NCBI GenBank assembly: GCA_002633005.1
Contig: NMRA01000269.1
Coordinates: forward strand, 345,169 to 409,168
Direction of reading: 5' to 3'
Source: Phoronis australis
Taxonomy: Eukaryota; Animalia; Phoronida
Length of the DNA: 64,000 nucleotides
Numbering within the stretch: the stretch's first letter is position 1; every line of letters starts with the position of its first letter. Under the pieces are notes generated by a model. That model saw only the letters and a program-made list of their open reading frames with translations. It was not told the DNA's origin and did not search any database. Position numbers and translations under genes: made by a program. Positions 12,301 to 24,300 of the stretch are shown one piece after another.

Positions 12301-15300
12301 AAAGTGTTCTGGTGATTTTTGTTTCAATGAATTTGGTTGATGCACAAATATAAGCATGTCTCAGTTAAAACGTAAACCTACAGGAAAATTTAGTCTGTAG
12401 ATGTGTTCATCATTTCATTTAAAATTGTGTATCTCTTACCCCTGTTGTACGGGATAATTTCTTCACTTCAACCAATTATTCTGTCGTAGTTATCAAGTTC
12501 CGCACATCATTACCGTGGGTGTAGTTTATAACCAACAGTTTTCACATTGACGCCTGTGTCTTCTTAATTTTTACGCAAGTGGCCATTTGCTCATTAACTG
12601 ATCACGTAGACCAGGGACTGGTCTCGTGATAAGATACCCATTACTTGTGTTAAATTGTGTTTCGTGCGTCACGCAACAGCCAAATTTATCCTCTGAGAAG
12701 TTTGAAGTTTTATGCTCTCATCCTTTTAATTAATGATGATCTCACAGGTTCATCACCACGACTAGAGACCCAGGTGGCTGGTTTTGGCGGTCAGCCTATT
12801 GGTCAGTCAACATTCAGCGTCAACAGCACGGCCACCATTACGCCGGAGAGTGAAGCTGGACGCAGCTTTGACGTAGAGTCACTCGGCTGTATGGAGAACG
12901 TGGCCAAGGCACTCATCGACTTCATGGCCACCAGGTGGGGGTTGGGTAGATTCTTCTGTATTGGACACATCGAAAGTAATCAAACAAAATACCATTTATC
13001 GGTCATGACAAGTCATGCTCACTTCTGTGATGGTCGACTGTCATGATGGAGAATTAAGCTTAAGCTTGAGCTTAAACATCAATATATCGAGTTAAAGGTG
13101 ACGGTTTGAGGCATACGAGCAGTCGGTTTACTTTTTTCAAACTGTAGTGTATATTAATTATATATCATGTGAAATAAGGTTGGCAATATCGCCATAAATT
13201 TCCGTACCTTCTGTTGTTACTTGACGTCATTTAGCGGTGTCACCTTAATGACTTACCTTTGTTAACAGAAATGTATTCATGTCAAGTTTGTTTCGATACA
13301 TTGTGGACTTTTATTCGTGTTTCTTGCCGCTCAATGACTCGAAAGGTAAAGAAGTGACTGATTTTTCGCCTAGGAGCTGCAAGCCCCTATGGAGTTGGGA
13401 AGACATCACTTCCAAGGTGCTGACGATTCGCAGTGATGAGCAGCTGGAGTTCGTCTTAAAGATGGTGCTTAAGATCTTCAAAGAGTGCCTGCCACTCAGT
13501 CACTTGGACACACGGTGGGGACAGGTGGCGCTGCAGTTGGCTCTCTCCTGCTCCTCGCGACATTACGCCGGCAGGTCCCTTCAGGTATGTTGGTGTGGTG
13601 TTGACTACTGTCTTTTGCCTTCATGTGTCAAGTACGCTTAAACTTTTACTGTTTAGAATTCGTGGTTATGTTAATTTGGATATGCAGGTAGCAGTCCTCG
13701 TAGACAATTTCATTAAACACTTGAGCAATTTCGTTACGGACTTCCTTTTTAACTGTCTGAACATCGACTGTTCTACAGAGAGAGCTTGAAAGAAATTAAC
13801 TCAAGACAAGTGATCATGTTGATGAGAAAGAAAATATAATTGACTTGAAGAACGCGTGCAATTTGTTCTCACTGCTAAGATTACATGCTGCTTTATTGTA
13901 CTCCCCATGAAGTCTGTCGTTGACCCACGTATGTTTAGATTTTGTTCTCATTTCTGAGGAAATGTCCATTGAGCTTAAGTTTGAATGCTGTGAAAAACTT
14001 ATGCTAGAATGTATTGTTAGCCTAAATCCAACGTGATGTGCTCATGGCCATTGCCTGGTTAGATTTTATTTCTCGTTTTTCTTTCTATTCTGTTTGTATC
14101 TTACTGCAGTTTTCTTGATGTCGATGCTGAAGTCTCTTTCTCTTCCACCCCTTGCAGCTGTTCCGTTCATTGCGCGTGCCCCTCTCCACGTCCATGCTGT
14201 CTGACATCTTGTCGCGCCTCGTCGAAACTGTCGCCGAACAGGGTGAAGATATGCAGGGTTACGTGACCGAGATCATTCTCACGCTCGAGGCAAGCATCGA
14301 CAACATCGACCTGGAATTGAGACCCGTTGACTATGTAAAGGAGATCTTCATGTCAACACCAAACTTAACGGGACGAGAGTCGCACGTGGGTGGTATGCGT
14401 AAGAGCGCCACTGTCGCCATGAGACATCCGTTCCTGCATCATCAGCGTAGCACCAGCTACTCACTGTCGATGATCTCACGGCAGTCTGCACCGACCCCTG
14501 TTGTGTCAGAGGTCAAAGGTTAGTTCTCTTCCATGATATTGTTTCAAGTGCAATAATTGCTAATTAGGCAGATGCACTGCTGCTGCGGTATTAGGGTATT
14601 GCTTACATTCATTGACATAGTCTTTTTGTATGATTTTGTTCCTGTATTGTTTATTGACTGCAATAGATCTCCACTGTCATTGTAAATCTGAACTTTTGTC
14701 CTAATCAGCTGAACCACGCCAGAGAACAAGTCAGGACCTGGATGGACGACGGTCAACGAACCTGCTGCGGTCAAGGAGTGCACAGTCACTGAAACAGGCG
14801 GGCGATGGTAACACAGATGACAAACTGACCCTACTGACCCAAATGTTCTGGCTTGGCGTGTCGCTGCTGGAGTCCGACTATGAGTATGAATTCTTGCTGG
14901 CAACGCGCCTGTTGGACAAGGTAGGTTAATTTACTGCCGTGTGATCCCACATGCAGGGTCTGTACATTTATTTGCTAGTTGAGGGGGATTTTTTTCTGCG
15001 TACCTTCGCAGGTGCACATTGGAAGCCAAAGATATACCATAGTAGTGCAAAGCAATTATTCGTGTTTTATAAAGAACACATTTTCAGAATTTGGAACAAG
15101 TAGATTGATTAAATGGCCCAATTTATTGAAAATATGATTGCGTCATACAACTTTTCATTCTGTACTTGACAGCAAACCAAATTTGATTTTGCTCATAAAA
15201 TTTTTCTTGACGTCACACGTAATCCACTGTGACCAATGATTCTCTTCTGTCATGACTCATTCCTCAGAATCAATGTTCCCATGTATTCCTTCCGTAACAT

Positions 15301-18300
15301 ATCTGTTTGTGTGTCTCCCCAGATCCTATCCCGTATCCAACTGGAGCGGCCTGACTGCGCCGACAAGTTAGACAAGATCCAGAAACAGATCAAGTGGCCC
15401 AACTTCCCCGGGGTGCAGGCGCTACTGCTGAAGGGCACGACCTCGCCCAACACCGCCGAGGCCACCTGGGACCTGCTGGCTAAACTAACACTTCACATGA
15501 CCGTGCCTGCAATAGACCCGTCACAGGCTGTCGGTGGGTTGTTCTGACGTTACAAATAGGACTGATCTAAATTATTCGGATTATAGAACTATGCAGAACT
15601 TTACGCTCAATGTGTATTTTTTATGCACGAAACAATATCTCACGAACACCTGGTTTGTTTTGAATTAAAAAAAAGAGTTGTGAATTTATTCTCTTTTTTT
15701 GGCAACATCCCACTGGGAAGATTTGTTTTCTTTTTGAGATATGCTTCACTAAAACACATAGTCAGGGGTGCATTTATGCTTTCTCTGAAGTGTCTATCAA
15801 CCTACCTTTCGTCACAAAAATCGCGTTGCGATTTTGAGCGCTTACTGTCATGAAATTGGTCTCTAATTGGAGGAGATTTCAGGAATTTGAAAGGAACGCC
15901 AATTCATTGTTACTTGAGACCGGGATGTACAAGTTGGCTTGTAATGGCGTTTCATGATTACGTGTACCGACCATGGTCTCAAAGAATGATGAACTGTCAG
16001 TTGTTTAATAACTCAGAAATCATTTCTCATCTGAGTAAGGAAAAAGTTGAGACCAATTTTACAACAGTGAGTCCTCTAATTCAACAGTTTGCCCCTTGGG
16101 CCGAATGTGGGTTTATAGCCGTTTAAAGTATTCATGTCATTTTCCACGTTCCACAGGCTTCCCACTGAGTGTGATCTCCCTCCTCCCATATATGGTCTAT
16201 CACTACGAAGAGCCCAACAGGGTGTGCATTGCTGCTGCGGAAAATATCTCTCAGGTGAATAGCAAAGGTTTCTTTACTTTATCTTACACCACACGCTAAC
16301 TGGCAGGGCTTGAAATTTTCCTCTTCTAAGAGGATTTCCTCTTTTTTGGTTTCTATTTCCTCTCATTTGATTTCCAGTTTCCTCTCTTTTCATCTCTTTT
16401 TTATCATTATTTTGACTTTATTCATGCAAAAACATTTATTTCAATTAAATTTTACAACACAAAAAATTTGTCACACAAGCCTATTTGTTGAATGATATAT
16501 TGCCTGGAAAATTGGCCTCCTTTTTTGTCATTCTAAGCCCTGACAACTAAAAACCCAGTCAATGATTATTTCCTGCTTATGTTGTTATCATTCAATACCT
16601 TATAGGAGTTAGTTCTAGCATGCAACAGTTGGAATGTTAAAATAGCTAAGTGTATCAGACATTAAGAGACAAACTTTGGAAATTGAACTCCAAATGTAAC
16701 GCGAGTCGCACGAAGTCGCCCACGTGGTCTCTCAGTACGTTTATTCTCACTTCTTCATTCTCCACACTCTCTGCGGTCTAAATGGTAGTTTGTGTCACTT
16801 GCAGGAGTCGCTGCGTCACTCCAAGAAGCTGGAGAACCTCGCCACAGTAATGACCCTCTACAGTAAGGGTACCTTCACCAAGGACAGTCACCAGTGGACG
16901 CGATGTGTCGTCAAATATTTACACGACGTTTATGCCAACCTCAACTGTGATATCATGAATCTCCTCATAGAGGTCAGTCGGTGCTTTTTTACCCGTGGAT
17001 TTCTCACATTTTCAAAATAATTTTTGTTTTGCCACCACGCTCAACAGCCCACGGCTCCATGAGTGAATGGAGAAGTTGTGCATTTCAACTGAGAGTGTGC
17101 AGTAAACGTGTTGTATTTAGGTTGACACAGAGTTGGTATAACTCAGGGCTTGGAATTTTCCGCGGAAACGCGGATTTCCGCTTTTTTGAAATGTGCTTTC
17201 CGCTTTTTTATAATATTTCCGCGTAAAAAAATCGGATTTGATATGAAATTTCCGCTGCAAATTCCTTTCTTACCGCGGCGTTGCAGACGACGTTCACCTC
17301 GGAAAGCGGAAGTCTTTATGTTTCGGAGGAACGTAAATTGTCAACATTGCCGGGGCGTCTGGGTAAAGCGTGGTGTGATTTTCAATGGCGGCATGATTTG
17401 GGCCGTAAAAGTTTCTGCGTTTTTTGTCATTGGTCATTCCAAGCCCTGATAACCGCATTCTGATCATAGGGGAAGTGATGTTACTCATTCAATAATTATG
17501 TTTAAGCAACAGATGTTGGTTGGAAGACTTACACAATAACACTGACTTATCACTGTTTTCCTTCGTATGACCAACGTTGCTGCACGACAATTGAATAGTC
17601 ATGTCTAGGCACTGAATGGGCAACTTGTACACCAACATTAACTTGCCACTGTTGACCTTTGACCCATGTTGCTACATGGCGATTCAGTAATCATGTATAA
17701 GCAATAGATTTACTGAGGGCTGTTCCAGTAAAATCCGTGTGGGAGGGGGGGGACGGCAGTAGAAATAAAAATTCATGGGTGGTGGTCTTCAGAAAAAAAC
17801 TCAAATTATGGGTGGTCATTCCTGTAAGAAGTGATGCATTAAAAATGGGTGGTATTTTTTGACCTGTTAATGTTGACAGGTTGGTTACTTCAGCTGTCAA
17901 AACTAAAAACAATGCAACTGGCATATATTCTAACTTATCCCAAAACAAAAAGCCCATATTGCCAGTGAACAGAGTGCAATATGTTCACTAAGCCATTAAT
18001 CAAGTCATGGGCAACTTGATTTGCGCCAACTGTTTGTCTGCAGTCCTATTGAATTGAAAAGTTCTGCAACACTAAACTGGTGTTAACACATATAACAAAA
18101 TTGATGATTTTTAAATAAAAAGTATGAGGAGTAAGATAAACAAGTTCCAATATTCACTTGACATAGAAGTATGAAAGAGTTCGTGGAGACAGTTTGAGAT
18201 TCATAGATCCTTATAATTGAAAAAATGTTCATTGAAATTATAGACACATGGTGAACAGAGACACCTGGTGGCTGCCAAAAGTATTGCACACAGGCTACTT

Positions 18301-21300
18301 ATAGTTTTTGACAATATTGGACAAGACAACTAGTTCTTGTCTGTCAATCATCTAAGTTCTTAACAGGTCCTCCTGGAGGCAATTTGTTTGCAAGTGTTGG
18401 ATTTTATATTTTAACCTATTAAAAATAATTAAAAAATTATGGGTCATGGGTTGGAGAAATAAATGAAAAATATGGGCGGTGGGTACGANGCACGGCCACC
18501 ATTACACCGGAGAGTGAAGCTGGACGCAGCTTTGACGTAGAGTCACTCGGCTGTATGGAGAACGTGGCCAAGGCACTCATCGACTTCATGGCCACCAGGT
18601 GGGGGTTGGGTAGATTCTTCTGTATTGTACACATCAAAAGTAATCAAACAAAATACCATTTATCGGTCATGACAAGTCATGCTCACTTCTGTGATGGTGA
18701 GTTACACTTGCGCTCGACTGTCATGACGGAGAATTAAGCTTAAGCTTAAGTTTGAGCTTAAACATCAATATAGAGGTGACGGTTTGAGGCATACGAGCAG
18801 TCGGTTTACTTTTCTCAAACCATAGTGTATATTAATTATACATCGTGAAATAAGGTTGGCAATATCGCCATAAATTTCCATACGTTCTGTTGTTACTTTA
18901 CGTCATTTAGCGGTGTCACCTTAATGACTTGCCTTTGTTAACAGAAATGTATTCATGTCAAGTTTGTTTCGATACATCGTGGACTTTTATTTGTGTTTCT
19001 TGCTGCTCTATGACTCGAAAGGTAAAGAAGTGACTGATTTTTCGCCTAGGAGCTGCAAGCCCCTATGGAGTTGGGAAGACATCACTTCCAAGGTGCTGAC
19101 GATTCGCAGTGATGAGCAGCTGGAGTTTGTCTTAAAGATGGTGCTTAAGATCTTCAAAGAGTGCCTGCCACTCAGTCACTTGGACACACGGTGGGGACAG
19201 GTGGCGCTGCAGTTGGCTCTCTCCTGCTCCTCGCGACACTACGCCGGCAGGTCCCTTCAGGTATGTTGGTGTGGTGTTGACTACTGTCGTTTGCCTTCAT
19301 GTGTCAAGTACACTTAAACTTTTACTGTTGTGTGAAGTTATTATTTAGAATTCGTGGTTATGTGAATTCGGATATGCAGGTAGCAGTCCTCGTAGACAAT
19401 TTCATTAAACACTTGAGCGATTTCATTACGGACTCCCTTGAGTTAATTTTTAACTGTCTGAACATCGACTGTTCTACAGAGAGAGCTTGAAAGAAATTAA
19501 CTCAAGACAAGTGGTCATGTTGATGAGAAAGAAAATATTTTGCCTGTCATAATTGACTTGAACGCGTGCAATTTGTCCTCACTGCTGGTTTATTGTACTC
19601 CCCATCAAGTCCGTTGCTGACCCACGTAGAAATTTAGTTTTTGTTCTCATTTCTGAGGAAATGTCCATTAAGCTTAAGTTTGAATGCGGTGAAAAACTTA
19701 TGCTAGAATGTATTGTTAGCCTAAACCCAACGTGATGTGCTCACGGCCATTGCCTGGTTAGATTTTATTTCTCGTTTTTCTTTCTATTCTGTTTGTATCT
19801 TACTGCAGTTTTCTTGATGTCGATGCTGAAGTCACTTTCTCTTCCACCCCTTGCAGCTGTTCCGTTCATTGCGCGTGCCCCTCTCCACGTCCATGCTGTC
19901 TGACATCTTGTCGCGCCTCGTCGAAACCGTCGCTGAACAGGGTGAAGATATGCAGGGTTACGTGACCGAGATCATTCTCACGCTCGAGGCAAGCATCGAC
20001 AACATCGACCTGGAACTGAGACCCGTTGACTATGTTAAGGAGATCTTCATGTCAACACCAAACTTAACGGGGCGAGAGTCGCACGTGGGTGGTATGCGTA
20101 AGAGCGCCACTGTCGCCATGAGACATCCGTTCCTGCACCATCAGCGGAGCACCAGCTACTCACTGTCGATGATCTCACGACAGTCTGCGCCGACCCCTGT
20201 TGTGTCAGAGGTCAAAGGTTAGTTCTCTGCCATGGTATTATTGTTTCAAGTACAATAATTGCTAATTAGGTAGACATGCTGCTACGGTATTAGGGTATTG
20301 CTTACATTCATTGACATAGTCTTTTTTGTATGATTTTGTTCCTGTATTGTTTATTGACTGCAACAGATCTCCACTGTCATTGTAAATCTGAACTTTGTCC
20401 TAATCAGCTGAACCACGCCAGAGAACAAGTCAGGACCTGGATGGACGACGGTCAACGAACCTGCTGCGGTCAAGGAGTGCACAGTCACTGAAACAGGCGG
20501 GCGAGGGGAACACAGATGACAAACTGACCCTACTGACCCAAATGTTCTGGCTTGGCGTGTCGCTGCTGGAGTCCGACTATGAGTATGAATTCTTGCTGGC
20601 AACGCGACTGTTGGACAAGGTAGGTTAAGTTACTGCCGTGTAATCCTGCATGTAGGCTCTGTACATTTATTTGCTAGTTGAGGGGGATTTTTTTCTGCGT
20701 ACCTGCGCAGGTGCACATTGGAAGCCAAAGATATACAATAATAGTGCAAAGTAGTTATTTTGTGTTTTCTAAAGAACACATTTTCAGAATTTGGAACAAG
20801 TAGATTGATAAAATGGCCCAATTTATTGAAAATATGATTGCGTCATACAACTTTTCATTTTGTACTTGACAGCAAACCAAATTTGATTTTGCTCATAAAA
20901 TTTTTCTTGATGTCACGCGTAATCCACTGTGACCAATGATTCTCTTCTGTCATTTCTCAGAATCAATGTTCCCATGTATTCTGTCCATAACATATCTGTT
21001 TGTGTGTCTCCCCAGATCCTGTCCCGTATCCAACTGGAGCGGCCCGACTGCGCCGACAAGTTGGACAAGATCCAGAAACAGATCAAGTGGCCCAACTTCC
21101 CCGGGGTGCAGGCGCTACTGCTGAAGGGCACGACATCGCCCAACACCGCTGAGGCCACCTGGGACCTTTTGGCCAAACTAACACTTCACATGACCGTGCC
21201 CGCAATAGACCCGTCACAGGCTGTCGGTGAGTTGCTCTGACCTTACTAATAGGACTGACCTAAATTATTCAGATTATAGAACTACGCAGAACTTTATGCT

Positions 21301-24300
21301 CAATGTGTATTTTTATGCACGAAACAATATCTCACGAACGCCTGGTGTGTTTTGAATTAAAGAAAGAGTTGTGGGTTTATTCTCATTTTTTGGCAGCTTC
21401 CCACTGGGAAGATTTGTTTTCTTTTTGAGATATGTTTCACGACAATACATAGTCGGGGGTGCATTTATGCTTTCTCCGAAGTGTCTATAAACCTACCTTT
21501 CATCACAAAAATCGCGTTGCGATTTAGACCGCTTACTGTCATGAAATTGGTCTCTAATTGGAGGAGATTTCAGGACTTTGAAAGGAACGATAATTCATTG
21601 TTACTTGAGACCGGGATGTACAAGTTGGCTTGTAATGGCGTTTCATTATTACGTGCACCGACCATGTTCTCATGAAATGATTCACTGTCAGTTGTTTAAT
21701 AACTCAGAAATCAGTTCTCATCTGAGTAAGGAAAAAGTTGAGACCAATTTTACAACAGTGAGTCCTCTAATTCAACAGTTTGCCTCTTGGGCCGAATGTG
21801 GATTTATAGCCGTTTAAAGTATTCATGTCATTTTCCATGTTCCACAGGCTTCCCACTGAGTGTGATCTCTCTCCTCCCATATATGGTCTACCACTATGAA
21901 GAGCCCAACAGAGTTTGCATTGCTGCTGCGGAAAATATCTCACAGGTGAATAGCAACGGTTTCGTTACTTTATCTCTCACCACACTGTAACAGGTCATGT
22001 CATCTTGTTCGAGTTGTTTTGTTGTTTCCTTGGTATTCTAAAGAATTGGCTTTGTGCACTAAGTGTGCAGAAGCTCACATATTTGATTGATTTCATACGA
22101 AGCAGTTCAACAATAGAGCCAAGCTAGTTTTTCTTCTGTTCTGGGTTTTGTAGAACGTGAATGAATATTTCCAGCTTATGTTGTTATTCTTCAATACCCT
22201 ACTGGAGTGAGCTCTAGCATGCAACAGATGGAATGTTAAAATATCTAAGTGTATCAGACACTAAGAGACAAATCTTCGAAATTGGACTCGAAACGTAACT
22301 CGAGTCCCACAAAGTCACCCATACGGTCTCTCAGTACGTTTAATATCCTCCCTTGCTCAGTTCTCCACACTCTCTACAGTACACGTGGTAATTTCTGTTG
22401 CTTGCAGGAGTCGCTGCGTCACTCCAAGAAGCTGGAGAATCTCGCCACAGTCATGACCCTCTACAGCAAGGGTACCTTCACCAAGGACAGTCACCAGTGG
22501 ACACGATGCGTCGTCAAATATTTACACGACGTTTATGCCAACCTCAACTGTGATATCATGAATCTCCTCATAGAGGTCAGTCGGTGCTTTTTTACCCGTG
22601 GATTTCTCACATTTTCAAAATAATTTTTGTTTTGCCACCACACTCAACAGCCCATGAGTGAATGGAGAAGTTGCGCATTTCAACTGAGAGTGTGCAGTAA
22701 ACGTGTTGTATTTAGGTTGACACAGAGTTGGTATAACTCAGGGCTTGGAATTTTCCGCGGAAACGCGGATTTCCGCTTTTTTGAAATGTGCTTTCCGCTT
22801 TTTTTATAATATGTCCGTGTAAAAAAATCGGATTTGATATGAAATTTCCGCGGCAAATTCCTTTCTTACCGCGGCGTTGCAGACGACGTTCACCTCGGAA
22901 AGCGTAAGTCTTTATGTTTCGGAGGAACGTAAATTGTCAACATTGCCGGGGCATCTGGGTAAAGCGTGGTGTGATTTTCAATGGCGGCATGATTTGGGCC
23001 GTAAAAGTTTCCGCGTTTTTTGTCATTGGTCATTCCAAGCCCTGATAACTGCATTCTGATCACAGGGGAACTGATGTTACTCATTCAATAATTATGTTTA
23101 AGCAACAGATGTTGGTTGGAAGACTTACACAATAACACTGATTTATCACTGTTTTCCTTCGTATGACCACCGTTGCTTTACAACAATTTAATTGTCATGT
23201 CTAGGCACTGAATGGGCAACTTGTACACCAACATTAACTTCCCACTGTTGACCTTTGACCCATGTTGCTACATGGCGATTCAGTAATCATGTATAAGCAA
23301 TAGATTTACTGAGTGGATGACTTGTACAACAACATTAGCTTATCACTGTTGACCTTTGACCCATGTTGCTATGTGGCAATTCAGTAATGGTGTGTAGGCA
23401 GTAGATGTACTCTGGGCAACATGTACAGCAACACTAACTTGACCTATGACCCAAGTTGCTTCCTGGTGATAGTTCTACTGTACAAAGAGGGGGGGCACTT
23501 ATTTACTGTTGAAAGGCATATTAGGCACGACCTACTTTCTCTGATGACAAGTTGCTTCTATTTTACCTCCAGATGTTAGAGAAGGGTCCCGTCAGCTGCC
23601 AGCTTGCCACTCTACAGATCTTGAGCTGTGTCGTTCACTTTGTCGACCTGAAGGTTGCACCGGCGCACAGCATGAATGCAAACATTCTCCGTGTCATCTC
23701 AAAATATGTTGAGGTAGGTAAATAGTAAGTGAGTTATCATTAATTTTTTGAGGCAGTCTGAATTCATCCGTCGCTCGTAGTGACCCTTTGCAAGTGTACG
23801 CTAACAGAATGCATTAGTAACTATAGCAACTGAAAAATTAAAAAATTGTAAAATTTTATTCTGGTGAAGAAGTGCAGACAAATATTTGGGGAAACACTTG
23901 GTTTTCCCTTTGTGCCAGCGATTATGAAGTCACTTTGCATTAAAGTTCAAATAGCTTCTCCCTTTCTAGTTTTTCGTTTTTTGTTCACCTGATTGTCATT
24001 AACAATTAGCAAGAAGCATAGTCGTTGGCGTAGTGCAGTGCAAACTTAATTCCTGTCTGTTACATACGAGACAAAGACCACAAGTCACTTGATCACGTGT
24101 CTATGTAACATAGATTCACCATCCCAAGTAGCCAACACACCCTGGTACCGTCGAAATTCCTGATTGCATCAAAATGATGAAATTCAGATCAACGCATTTA
24201 TTTAAATCATTAAAAGTAGTCCTGCTAACAGCCCGGACATAATTATCGACATGTTTATTTTTTACCACCACAGCATGAGCCGATAATAGTTAAGAATATT

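Larger units (their letters stand above)
12826..23312 (+). repeat. ~4.9-kb apparent tandem duplication (12826-17716 / 18490-23312), probably uncollapsed haplotypes
   Basis: Colinear copies joined at a single N (18489). Confidence 0.85.

Noticed and set aside
18490-22575. A FRY paralog or mutually exclusive exon cluster
   Set aside because: Starts mid-exon at an N junction and differs almost only at synonymous sites; the haplotig explanation is simpler
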